A stretch of DNA of 64,000 nucleotides from an archaeon. Lineage in GTDB: Archaea; Nanobdellota; Nanobdellia; SCGC-AAA011-G17; GW2011-AR17. Below are positions 30,015 to 39,572 of this stretch, piece by piece. Both the position numbers and the translations under genes were made by a program. The stretch lies in the NCBI GenBank assembly GCA_043814545.1, contig JBDRJY010000011.1, positions 13,013 through 77,012 of the forward strand. Direction: 5' to 3'. The number at the start of each line of letters is the position of its first letter. Within the stretch, counting starts at the first letter, position 1. Below the pieces are notes generated by a model, which was not told where the DNA came from, made no database searches, and was given only the letters and a program-made list of their open reading frames with translations.

Positions 30015-31361
30015 ATGATAAAATTATCAAAAATAATAATTTTAATTTTTGCAGTTGTCTTACTTTGTTCAACTTGTGCATCAGCAGGGTTTTTTGACTT
30101 TTTCACAGGGTTCTTGATAAAGGAAGATTTCTGCGGCGACGGATACTGTTCAGCTAAGGAAGAAGCTGGGTATGCAAGTTGGGGCGAGTGTCCTGACGAT
30201 TGTGCAGGCCGAGTTGTGCCTAGCGAAACAGATATGTACTTAGACATACCAGACGCAAACAATCCTAAAATTCTTTTTGATGCAGTAAGCAAACATATCT
30301 TTGTTGCATGGGAAGAGAATGATGCTATCTACGGTCAAATTGTTAGTCTTGAAGGTAGAACTATTGTCAAAAAATTTATGATCAGTTATGAAGGTGAAAA
30401 ATCTTTTGACGTTCAAGTTGACATTGATTCTAACACGGCTTACATTATCTGGGCGGTTGATGAAAGTAGTAACAAAATCCGTATGAAAACTTACGATTTT
30501 GATGGCCAACAATTAGATGTTAAAACTATTGCACAGTCTATCAACGAACTAAGTTCGCCCGACATTGCAGCCTTAGACTATAAGTCTGTTGTAACATGGA
30601 CTGAGACAAGTTCTGAAAAACAGTCCACTGGACCAATAGCTTACACATGGGACATTAAAGTAAAACTAATGGAATTTGGTCAGGAAGATGCTGACGGTGT
30701 TGTTGCAACTTTGACTGACGATACTAAACGTGATAATGGTCTTGAAACTCCGAGAGTTGCTGTAAGTGAAAAGGAACGGTTTATTATAACATGGACGGAT
30801 TTGTCTGGCGAAGGCGACGGTAGCGGTTCATCAATTCACGCTCAAGAGTATTATCTTAAAGCTACAGGAATTACTCCTAAAAAGAAAGGTGATACTTTCC
30901 GAGTGAACACAATTAAAGCCGGTGATCAGAAAAACGCTGACGTTTCGTATACAAAAGATGGTTATTTTGTTGTAACATGGGAAACCAACCCTTCAACTGC
31001 AGGATTTTCGTCAATTGTTGCTAAAAGATTTAGGCCTAACCATAAAACTAAAAATGAAGAACTTCAAGTTAGCAGCAGTCGTAAAGGACACCAGTATAAC
31101 CCTAACATTGTCGGTAACAAACATCATTACATTATTAACTGGCAAGGTGGCGGTAACGAGGACGGATACGGGTACGCAATCTTTTCACAGTTTTTCGATG
31201 AAGGCGGTAACAGGATTGGAACTAATGATATGATTAACGGATACGGTGGCGGTGAACAAATCATGCCAGCTATCGCATACTATGATTCCAATCAAGCGTT
31301 ACATGCTTGGTACGGTAAACAGAAAGACGGTGACGAAGGTATTACGTTAAAAATCTTTTAA
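30015..31361 (+). CDS. secreted protein with a Cys-rich CGDGYC motif and beta-repeat domain
   Basis: Signal peptide, CGDGYC..ECPDDC, repeated P.(V/I)A....F(V/I)(V/I)TW units. Confidence 0.7.
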   Translation: MIKLSKIIILIFAVVLLCSTCASAGFFDFFTGFLIKEDFCGDGYCSAKEEAGYASWGECPDDCAGRVVPSETDMYLDIPDANNPKILFDAVSKHIFVAWEENDAIYGQIVSLEGRTIVKKFMISYEGEKSFDVQVDIDSNTAYIIWAVDESSNKIRMKTYDFDGQQLDVKTIAQSINELSSPDIAALDYKSVVTWTETSSEKQSTGPIAYTWDIKVKLMEFGQEDADGVVATLTDDTKRDNGLETPRVAVSEKERFIITWTDLSGEGDGSGSSIHAQEYYLKATGITPKKKGDTFRVNTIKAGDQKNADVSYTKDGYFVVTWETNPSTAGFSSIVAKRFRPNHKTKNEELQVSSSRKGHQYNPNIVGNKHHYIINWQGGGNEDGYGYAIFSQFFDEGGNRIGTNDMINGYGGGEQIMPAIAYYDSNQALHAWYGKQKDGDEGITLKIF

Positions 31362-31412
31362 TTTTTTATTTTTTTCTATAACTTTAAATATTAAGAACGC
31401 TTCTAATAACTT

Positions 31413-32198
31413 ATGGTTCCTCAGGTAAAAGATACTATTGTAAGTAGTACAATCATAAATAATAATTCTTTGAAAAAAGCTTTACAGTTAGCTGTCAAAA
31501 ACCAAACTGACATTACACAAACTTTTACTGAGTCTATAATATTCCATCATGGTGTTAAGGTAAAACTTATGAAAGATGTTCACTTCCTGATAAAAGATTT
31601 TCACGGTTTAAAAATTTTACAATTACGGTACCCGATGTATGAAAAAAAGATGCGGCCAATGAAAGGTTTACATTACGTTGCGTTGCATAATACCGAAAAA
31701 AGTTTGCCTGAGATTATGAAAGATCATCTTCGCAGGTTCCCGGGAATAGGGTTCCATTACCTGATTACTAAAGAAGGTGTTATTATCCAAACGCGTAGTC
31801 ATAAATTTGAAGGTGATCATACCAAAAACCAAAACAACGGTAAAGTCGCTGTATGTTTTATGTTAGATTTGGATAAACATAAACTTAACAAAAATATGAT
31901 TTCTGCCTATAACAACCTGTTGAATTTTATTAAAAACCACCATATTATCAAAAAGGAATTTGGTCACGGTGAGTTAACTGTGTTAAAAGTAAACTGGATG
32001 TTGCGTGACAAAAAAATACCTTATCAAGTTAACCATAAAGATTTGTTTAACGTGAAAAATGTTAAAATGTTTGAAACTAAACTTAAAAAAGAATTAAGTA
32101 AGTTGAAACGTCTTAAAGTGCCTAAAAAAATTGCTAACGAGCTTGCAGAAACTACTACTTGTCCAGGAGTTCACGCCTATAAACTCTTTGATTTCTAA
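31413..32198 (+). CDS. N-acetylmuramoyl-L-alanine amidase (Amidase_2/PGRP family)
   Basis: VALHNT, GIGFHYLI, GDHTK..N, GH and TCPG (T7-lysozyme-like Zn ligands). Confidence 0.8.
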   Translation: MVPQVKDTIVSSTIINNNSLKKALQLAVKNQTDITQTFTESIIFHHGVKVKLMKDVHFLIKDFHGLKILQLRYPMYEKKMRPMKGLHYVALHNTEKSLPEIMKDHLRRFPGIGFHYLITKEGVIIQTRSHKFEGDHTKNQNNGKVAVCFMLDLDKHKLNKNMISAYNNLLNFIKNHHIIKKEFGHGELTVLKVNWMLRDKKIPYQVNHKDLFNVKNVKMFETKLKKELSKLKRLKVPKKIANELAETTTCPGVHAYKLFDF

Positions 32199-33163
32199 AT
32201 CCAAAAAGTTTTAACGTCGTCAATCCTTTGCCTTGGCTTAATGTCAAAATCTTTTTGATTAGGTTTAACTTTGTACATTAATTCACCTAACCATGCTATC
32301 ATTGTAGCGTTATCTCCTGCGTATTCAATCGGCGCTGCATAAAATTTAGCTTTCCTTGCATTAACCATTAAAGTTAACATGTCGCATAAACGTTGGTTAG
32401 CTGCCACACCTCCAATAAGTAAAACCTCATTCTTATCACAATGTGCTAAAGCTCGTTCAGTAACTTCAGTTAACATTGCGAACATTGTTTCTTGCAATGA
32501 ATAACATAAGTCTTCAATCTTTTCACCTTTCTCATGTAATTGTAAAGCTCTTGTAACCAAACCTGAAAAATCAATGTCCATGCCTTTAACTTTGTACGGT
32601 AGTTCAATATATTTACCTTTCTTAGCTAACTTTTCTATCTTTGGTCCGCCAGGGAAACCTAAACCCACTCCTCTGGCAAACTTGTCTAAAGCATTGCCTA
32701 ATGCAATTGATAAACATTCGCCGAAAACTCTGTACCTATCTCCTTCATGAGAGATTATTTGTGTGTTTGCACCCGATACGAAAACGAAAATAGGATTTTT
32801 AGCTTTTGTTAACAGTTTACCTATTTCTAAATGTGCACAAATATGGTTAACGCCTATCAACGGAATGTTATATTTTTTAGACAGTTCTACAGCAAAATCT
32901 CTTACAACAAGTAAAGCAGGGGCTAAACCAGGGCCTTGCGAAAACGCTATGACATCTATGTCTTTTAGTTCTAGCTTAGAATCTTTTAACACTTGTTTCA
33001 GAATTTTGTTTTTTACTTTATCATGATGTTTAGCAACTTCAATAGGAATCATACCGCCCTTCTTAGTTGTAAACATGTCTCTTTTTTCTGTTAAAATATT
33101 TTTATTTTTAATTATTGAAATTGAGAATGTATGTGCCGTGCCTTCAATGCCTAAAACTATCAT
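32195..33163 (-). CDS. kae1: KEOPS t6A threonylcarbamoyltransferase Kae1
   Basis: LGIEGTAHT, GPGL, HICAH, VSGANTQ, GGVAAN and DNATMIA motifs. Confidence 0.96.
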   Translation of the reverse strand: MIVLGIEGTAHTFSISIIKNKNILTEKRDMFTTKKGGMIPIEVAKHHDKVKNKILKQVLKDSKLELKDIDVIAFSQGPGLAPALLVVRDFAVELSKKYNIPLIGVNHICAHLEIGKLLTKAKNPIFVFVSGANTQIISHEGDRYRVFGECLSIALGNALDKFARGVGLGFPGGPKIEKLAKKGKYIELPYKVKGMDIDFSGLVTRALQLHEKGEKIEDLCYSLQETMFAMLTEVTERALAHCDKNEVLLIGGVAANQRLCDMLTLMVNARKAKFYAAPIEYAGDNATMIAWLGELMYKVKPNQKDFDIKPRQRIDDVKTFWI

Positions 33164-33201
33164 GGTATTATTTAATTTATTTAATTTTATTAATGTTTGG
33201 G

Positions 33202-33894
33202 TTAAAATCTGTAAGCATAAGTTTCAATAAAATGGTCAACTTCATCGTATCTTGGCCTAATAATTCTTGTCTTAGCTTCTCGGATAGGGTTAGAAGTGTT
33301 TGTACACATTTCATGAAAATAATTTAAACCTATTGTATAATGATTAATCATTTTAACACCATCTATAACCATTACCGGGCTAGCAGCCAGTACATCTGAG
33401 AATCTATTAGTAGCAGACTTTTTTTCTTCTGTATTATAATATTCAAGAGCAAGGTGGCAAGCTAAATAGTCGGAAAAACCTTCGCTTAAACTATTGCGCA
33501 TGTGAAAACGTTTTGGATTTTGAATAGGTATCAAAAGGGTTTGTTCCAATAAATTTCCAAAATTCAAAACTGGGTTCATTTTAAAACTAAACAAATGACC
33601 TAACTCATGAACTAACTGCGATTTTATTTGATTCTCTTCTACCATTAAAGGATTTAACAGAAGTATTTCATCATTACGAACACAAAATGAAGCGAAACGA
33701 GAATTTTCTTTCCAATCATTTACATCTTTCCCTTTAATTCCCATGAAATATTTTTCAACCCAAGATAATTTGTCTAAAGAAGATATCTTTACATCATAGC
33801 CTAACTTTATTTCTAACAAATCTTCTATTTCAGATTGTAAATCTGGTAAAACATCTTTACAAACTTGTTTTGTATAGTGTCTTAATTTATCCAT
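33202..33894 (-). CDS. putative Zn metalloprotease (HExxH), paralog 1
   Basis: LVHELGHLFS...SEGFSDYLAC. Confidence 0.7.
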   Translation of the reverse strand: MDKLRHYTKQVCKDVLPDLQSEIEDLLEIKLGYDVKISSLDKLSWVEKYFMGIKGKDVNDWKENSRFASFCVRNDEILLLNPLMVEENQIKSQLVHELGHLFSFKMNPVLNFGNLLEQTLLIPIQNPKRFHMRNSLSEGFSDYLACHLALEYYNTEEKKSATNRFSDVLAASPVMVIDGVKMINHYTIGLNYFHEMCTNTSNPIREAKTRIIRPRYDEVDHFIETYAYRF

Positions 33895-33933
33895 AATCTT
33901 TCTATAAAACTGATATTTATATAATCTTGGATT

Positions 33934-34653
33934 TTAAGAAAAATACTCAACAACAATTGTTTCAGCAAAAAAAGTTAAAGCTTCTCTCTTAGGAAAAGCT
34001 ACTAAAGATTTAGCACCCTCAACCTTATCTTCTTGAAACGTACACATTTGTCGGAAAAAACCAAACCCAGTCACATAGTAATCCCAATTAAAAGGGAAAT
34101 TAGCGTTAATAGGATTATTTGCTATTGTTATTGGCGGTGAATTCAATAATGCTTCCATACGTCCATCTGAATGATTTTTCTCGTTTTCATTATACAAATC
34201 TTTAGCCAGTATACAAGCTAAATATTCAGAAAAACCTTCAGCTATCATTACATTTTGATTAAAATTTTCCATTGTCTCTGTTGAGCTAAAAAATAAATTC
34301 TTATATACATTGCCGTAATCTAAATCAGGGTTCAGTTTTTGTGAAAATAAATGGCCCAACTCATGTACCAAATCTGATTTTAACGTCCAAGTTTCTAAAA
34401 TTTCATAATAATTTAACAAAAAAATATTTTTTTTGTAAACCAAAAAGGATGCTTCTTCAAGTTCTTCGTTAAACTTATTCAAAACAATCGAACGAATACC
34501 TAACAATTGTCGTTCAACATAACCTAAATCTTCCAAAGGCCTAACCTCTGCACGATAACCTAACTCCATCTCTAACAAATCTTCTACCTGTGGCTGCAAA
34601 TCAACAAGCATTTTAGTAGCTTTATTTTCAATCTTAGCACGTATATAACCCAT
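33934..34653 (-). CDS. putative Zn metalloprotease (HExxH), paralog 2
   Basis: LVHELGHLFS...AEGFSEYLAC. Confidence 0.7.
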   Translation of the reverse strand: MGYIRAKIENKATKMLVDLQPQVEDLLEMELGYRAEVRPLEDLGYVERQLLGIRSIVLNKFNEELEEASFLVYKKNIFLLNYYEILETWTLKSDLVHELGHLFSQKLNPDLDYGNVYKNLFFSSTETMENFNQNVMIAEGFSEYLACILAKDLYNENEKNHSDGRMEALLNSPPITIANNPINANFPFNWDYYVTGFGFFRQMCTFQEDKVEGAKSLVAFPKREALTFFAETIVVEYFS

Positions 34654-34736
34654 ACCTAAAAGGATAAATCTAATCTTTATATAATTTTTCTAAAAACAAA
34701 AAGTTTAAAGCCATAAAAGTCCTTATATATACGCTA

Positions 34737-36464
34737 ATGACAAATATCGAACTTGCTTCATTATTCTATGAAATGGCCGAGATTTATCAAATTAAAGGTG
34801 TAGATTGGAAACCGCAAGCTTACATCCGTGCTGCGCAAAATATTGAAGCTTTACCTAAAGATGTTCAAGACATTTATGAAAAAGGCGGAAAAAAAGCTTT
34901 GAAAGAAATACCTGGCGTAGGTGGTGGTATTGCTAAAAAAATTATTGAATATATTAACAAAGGGAAGATAAACGAACTTGAACGGTTAAAAAAATCTATT
35001 CCTAAATCAATGACACAAATGTTGTCCGTCCCAGGAGTAGGTCCTAAAACTGTTAAAATTCTTTCAAAAAAACTTAAGATACGTACAATTGATCAATTAA
35101 TGAACGCCGCAAAAAAACAAATGATTCGTCGTTTAGAAGGTTTCGACGAGAAAACTGAAAAAAATATTATTAAAAGTATTGAACTGATTAAAAATAAAAA
35201 AGAACGGCAATTATTAGGTTTAATTTTTCCTTTAGCACATAACATTGAACGTGAACTGAGAAAACAATGGTTCGTTGAAAAAGTTGAAATTGGAGGATCT
35301 ATCCGACGGGGAAAAGAAACTGTCAAAGATATAGATATCCTTGTCGTGTCAAAGTATCCAAAAAAAGTTATGGATTATTTTAGCCAGCTCAAAACAATTG
35401 CAAAAATTAATGCTCAAGGTGATACTAAATGTAGCGCTATCCTTTCCAACTTAATACAAATTGATTTGCGTGTCGTGAAAAAAGAAAGTTTCGGCGCAGC
35501 CTTACAATATTTTACAGGTAATAAACAGCATAATATTCAGTTAAGAGAAATTGCTATCCAGAAAAGATACAAATTAAACGAATACGGATTGTTTACCAAG
35601 AAAGATAACAAGTTAGTTGCAGGAGCTAAAGAAAAAGATGTTTATAATAAATTAGGTTTGAAATATATTCCCCCTGAGCTAAGACATGGGACAGGTGAGA
35701 TTGAATTTGCAAGAAAAGGTAAGTTGCCTAACCTAATAAAAGAAACAGATATTAAAGGAGATTTACACGTACATTCTACTTATAGCGACGGCGAAAATAC
35801 TGTTTTTGAAATGGCACAAGCTGCTAAAGATCTAAATTATCAATATATTTGTATCACTGACCATTCTCCAATGTTAAAAGTGTTTGGTGGTATGGAAGAA
35901 GATGATGTTTCTAAAAAAGTTAAAGAAGTTAAACGTATTGATAAAAAATTGCGTGGAATAAAAGTTCTTTGTGGAACAGAAGTAGACATTAAATCAGATG
36001 GTTCTTTAGATTATGATGAAAAAACTTTGAAAAAGTTTGACATTGTTGTTGCGTCAGTGCATAGAGGGTTTAATTATTCTAAACAGAAAAATACTAAACG
36101 TTTAATTAAAGTTTTAGAAAATAAACATGTTCATATATTAGGGCATCCCCAAGGAAGAATTCTTGGTAAACGAACAGGTATCGAAGTTGACTGGGACCAG
36201 ATTTTTGAAGTTGCTAAACAAAAAAATAAGGTTATGGAAATTAACGGACAACCTAAACGGTTAGATTTGAACGCAACTCTTACCAAACTAGCTATCGAGA
36301 AAGGCGTTAAGCTTTGCATAAATACTGATTCGCATACTGCTTACGGTCTTAAAGCAATGAGGCTAGGTGTATTACAAGCTCGTCGAGGATGGGCAGAAAA
36401 AAAAGATATAATTAATACTAAATCATGGAAAGAACTTTCTACTTCCCTGAAATTATCTCGATAA
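34737..36464 (+). CDS. polX: DNA polymerase X with PHP domain
   Basis: HhH motifs, GSIRRGKETVKDIDIL, YFTG.K.HN, DLHVHS..SDG, TDHS and NTDSH. Confidence 0.95.
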   Translation: MTNIELASLFYEMAEIYQIKGVDWKPQAYIRAAQNIEALPKDVQDIYEKGGKKALKEIPGVGGGIAKKIIEYINKGKINELERLKKSIPKSMTQMLSVPGVGPKTVKILSKKLKIRTIDQLMNAAKKQMIRRLEGFDEKTEKNIIKSIELIKNKKERQLLGLIFPLAHNIERELRKQWFVEKVEIGGSIRRGKETVKDIDILVVSKYPKKVMDYFSQLKTIAKINAQGDTKCSAILSNLIQIDLRVVKKESFGAALQYFTGNKQHNIQLREIAIQKRYKLNEYGLFTKKDNKLVAGAKEKDVYNKLGLKYIPPELRHGTGEIEFARKGKLPNLIKETDIKGDLHVHSTYSDGENTVFEMAQAAKDLNYQYICITDHSPMLKVFGGMEEDDVSKKVKEVKRIDKKLRGIKVLCGTEVDIKSDGSLDYDEKTLKKFDIVVASVHRGFNYSKQKNTKRLIKVLENKHVHILGHPQGRILGKRTGIEVDWDQIFEVAKQKNKVMEINGQPKRLDLNATLTKLAIEKGVKLCINTDSHTAYGLKAMRLGVLQARRGWAEKKDIINTKSWKELSTSLKLSR

Positions 36465-37629
36465 CGTCTCTATTGTTTAACTTATGGTCTTTACCAACAG
36501 TTCTTTTTGTTTTAACAACAATAGCACGAATAAATTTGTTTCCTAAGTCAGAATGTATTTTGTAAGCAAAGTCTAATGCAGTTGAACCATTTTTTAAAAG
36601 GAAACAATCAGGTAAACATCGACCGTCTTTGTCAACCAAGTTGTTTACACCGCCAGGGAAAATTGCAATCTGATCTAAAAGTTCGAAAACTCCTTTGTCC
36701 AATACTTGTTGTACACCTGTTGAACCAAACTTTTCTAAAATATTTTTTTTGATAAATTCTAAACCTTGCTTTTGTTGATTGTTCAAATTTCCTTTAATTT
36801 CAAAATCGTTTTCACCAGGAATATATTTTATTAAATCTTTTTTAGCTGCTTCCCTCAATGCCAATTCCGACTCAGCTGAACAAGGTACAATTATATAATC
36901 AGAAAATTCTTTTTGTAATCTTTCAAAATTATTTTCAGCACCTGGAACGTCTATCTTGTTAGCAGCAATTATCATTGGTTTAGTTATCTTTCTTAACTCG
37001 CATGCAAGATTTATTAAATCTTCATCGGTCCATTTCATAGATATTGAAGCCAAGTTTAATTTTTTAATAGAATTTTTTACCATCTCTTCAGTAACTTTTA
37101 ATGCTGAAAGTTGTTTTGCCAAGGATTTATTAATATCTAATTTTTCTTGCATAACTTGCCTAGCAAACTTTTCCCAGCCTTTCTTAAGAATTTGGAAGTA
37201 CCACATGTCTAACTCAACTTCTAAAAATTTTATGTCTTCAGCAGGATCGTAAGAACCAGCTTCAACTTCTTCACCTTGAGCATTTGTTGAACCTGAAACA
37301 TCTATAACATGTATCAAAGCGTCAGCTTGCCTTAGATCTTCCAAAAAAGCATTACCTCTTCCCAATCCAGTATGCGCCCCTGGCACTAAACCTGCAACAT
37401 CTAACAATTCTATTGGCACAAATCGTTTATGGTTAATACAAAAACCGGTCCTAGGATTGCATTGTTTGTCAAAGTCTTTATCAACACAGTCTATTTTTAC
37501 AAAGCCAAAACCCCGGTTAGGTTTAATAGTAGTAAACGGATAATTAGCTATCTCTACATCTGCTAAAGTAGCAGCTTTAAAGAATGTTGACTTGCCTACA
37601 CTCGGTTTACCGACCACTCCGATTAACAT
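36439..37629 (-). CDS. ychF: archaeal YchF/Obg-family GTPase with TGS domain
   Basis: GKPSVGKST, ANYPFTT, DVAGLVPGA, NKID and C-terminal TGS motifs. Confidence 0.92.
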   Translation of the reverse strand: MLIGVVGKPSVGKSTFFKAATLADVEIANYPFTTIKPNRGFGFVKIDCVDKDFDKQCNPRTGFCINHKRFVPIELLDVAGLVPGAHTGLGRGNAFLEDLRQADALIHVIDVSGSTNAQGEEVEAGSYDPAEDIKFLEVELDMWYFQILKKGWEKFARQVMQEKLDINKSLAKQLSALKVTEEMVKNSIKKLNLASISMKWTDEDLINLACELRKITKPMIIAANKIDVPGAENNFERLQKEFSDYIIVPCSAESELALREAAKKDLIKYIPGENDFEIKGNLNNQQKQGLEFIKKNILEKFGSTGVQQVLDKGVFELLDQIAIFPGGVNNLVDKDGRCLPDCFLLKNGSTALDFAYKIHSDLGNKFIRAIVVKTKRTVGKDHKLNNRDVIEIISGK

Positions 37630-37709
37630 GAGTTTAATTTAAATGCAAAGATTTTAAAAACCTTTTGGAAACCTTTAAATATCAGGATTATTCAATTTTA
37701 ACTGTTTAA

Positions 37710-37811
37710 GGGTCCCTTGCTCAGTTTGGTTTAGAGCACTGGTCTTATAAGACGCTTTTGGCGATAGTCTAAGTTAGCCAGAGGTCGCGGGTTCGAATCC
37801 CGCGGGACCCA
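37710..37811 (+). tRNA. tRNA-Ile(TAT) with a 26-nt intron at 37/38 (37750-37775)
   Basis: GGGTCCC/GGGACCC acceptor stem, anticodon TAT at 37746-37748, BHB motif (CTTA/TAAG helix, TAA and TTA bulges, GAC/GTC outer helix). Confidence 0.92.
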
Positions 37812-37823
37812 CCTTTTATCAAA

Positions 37824-38387
37824 ATGAAACGAATATTCCTTATTCATGGATGGGATGGTAATCCTAAAAATTGTTGGTTTCCTTGGCTAAAACAAAAATT
37901 AGAAGAAAAAGGTTTTCAAGTTATAGTTCCTAAGATGCCTAATGCTGAAGAACCTAAAATAAATGTTTGGGTACCTTTTCTTACAGAATTAGTTAAAGAA
38001 GTTGATGAAGAAACTTATTTTGTTGGACATAGTATTGGTTGCCAAACTATAATGAGATTCTTAGAAACTCAAACTAATAAAATTGGAGGAATTATTTTTG
38101 TTGCAGGTTTTTTTAATTTACCCTACTTAGAAACTGAAGAAGAAAAAATAATTGCTAAAGAATGGATTGAAACTCCTATTGATACAGAAAAGATTAAATC
38201 TCTTACTCAAAATATAATTGCTATTTTTTCAGATAACGACGAAGATGTTCCCTTAAGTGATTCTAAACTTTTTAGAGAAAGGTTAAATGCTAAAATAATT
38301 ATTGAAAAAGAAAAAGGACATTTTGATGACTCTGCTAATATTAAAGAATTGCCTGTTGTGTTTAATGAATTATTAAAGATGAGTTAA
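37824..38387 (+). CDS. RBBP9/YdeN family serine hydrolase
   Basis: IHGW, WFPWL, GHSIG, SDND..VP and GHF motifs. Confidence 0.9.
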   Translation: MKRIFLIHGWDGNPKNCWFPWLKQKLEEKGFQVIVPKMPNAEEPKINVWVPFLTELVKEVDEETYFVGHSIGCQTIMRFLETQTNKIGGIIFVAGFFNLPYLETEEEKIIAKEWIETPIDTEKIKSLTQNIIAIFSDNDEDVPLSDSKLFRERLNAKIIIEKEKGHFDDSANIKELPVVFNELLKMS

Positions 38388-38421
38388 AGATTTGGGTCTT
38401 TGCCTTCGGCTGAATACAAAG

Positions 38422-39258
38422 TTATTGTAACTTCTTTCTCTTTTTGTTCTCTAACCTTTTCTTCTTTTCAGGTTCAGTCAAATAATTTTCTTCAGAAACA
38501 ACTTTTTCTCCTGTTTCTATTTCTAAATTTTTTCTTGCATCACCAGCAATCTTCCCGCCCTTTTTCGCTGCATCTTGGTTTTCATTAAAACCTTGAGAAT
38601 CTTTGGATTTTGTAATTTCAGTTGTTGCTTTTTCACCGAGCATCGAAAATATTAACTCTAAATCATCCATATGATCCCGAAGATTTTCTCGTTTTAAACC
38701 TTTAACTTCTTTATATTCACTAGGAGTTAAATCAAAAGTAGCTTTTGAAATTTCTGCAGTAAGTATGGAAAACTCTTTTTGTTCTTTAATCCCTCTTTTT
38801 TCCCATTCATCAGTTAATTCGTCCCTGATTACTATGCCTCTTACGCGTTTTTCAATCCATTCATCAGAGTAACCTTTGACTCTGTAAATTTCTTTCATGC
38901 GTTTTTGCGCTAATTCTGGATTTTCAATCTCTTGTACTCTTTCATAGCCGACTTTAGCTAGCCATAGCTTGAATGGTTCAGCTTTCTTTGAAGGTATTGA
39001 TTGTATAATCCTAAATATGGATTTTGTGTTGGCACAGTCTGTAAACCTGAATTTACCATCTCTAGCTTGCAATTTCAAACCGTGACAAATTGTCACGAGT
39101 TGAGGTTCCCTTTGTTTAAGCTTCCTCCAATATGCTAATTCATCTTGACTATTTGTAAGTACTGCAATAATATCTGAAACAGAAAAATACCATTCGCTAT
39201 TATGCCAAACTCTTCTAATTTTCTTATCTTGAAATACTACTAGCTTATTTTCTTCCAT
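38422..39258 (-). CDS. BRO-N domain DNA-binding protein
   Basis: IRRVW....WYFSV.D, RIIQSIPSKKAEPFKLWLA and ENLRDHM motifs. Confidence 0.88.
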   Translation of the reverse strand: MEENKLVVFQDKKIRRVWHNSEWYFSVSDIIAVLTNSQDELAYWRKLKQREPQLVTICHGLKLQARDGKFRFTDCANTKSIFRIIQSIPSKKAEPFKLWLAKVGYERVQEIENPELAQKRMKEIYRVKGYSDEWIEKRVRGIVIRDELTDEWEKRGIKEQKEFSILTAEISKATFDLTPSEYKEVKGLKRENLRDHMDDLELIFSMLGEKATTEITKSKDSQGFNENQDAAKKGGKIAGDARKNLEIETGEKVVSEENYLTEPEKKKRLENKKRKKLQ

Positions 39259-39405
39259 ATGAAAAAGTAAATGTTAATAAGTTTATAAGCTTCACGCGTG
39301 TTTATCATGTCAAGTGGTTTTGTAAAATATAGTTTAGATAAATTTTGGACTTTCGCTGCGCGTGAATACAAGAAAGTGTCTCAGCCAATTAAGCTTGACT
39401 ATTCC

Positions 39406-39495
39406 AACAAACCGACCGTTATTGTTATTAAGATTGTTGTTGCCGTTCGCGTTGGCGTTGTTATTAAGATTATTGACACACCACAACCGCCCAAC
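39406..39495 (-). other. diversity-generating retroelement template repeat (TR)-like sequence, orphan in this window
   Basis: 30 codons: 14 AAC/AAT and 16 with no adenine (VGRLWCVNNLNNNANANGNNNLNNNNGRFV); hairpins on both sides. Confidence 0.8.
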
Positions 39496-39572
39496 AGTAG
39501 CTATTTCACTTCCTGGAAAGAGTTTAGAAATAGTATCAAAACAAAACAATAGTCTAAGCCGAAGGCAAAAAC

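Noticed and set aside
39334-39549. 71-aa Asn-rich ORF as a real protein
   Set aside because: Adenines confined to AAY codons are better explained by a DGR template; no ATG start or clear RBS
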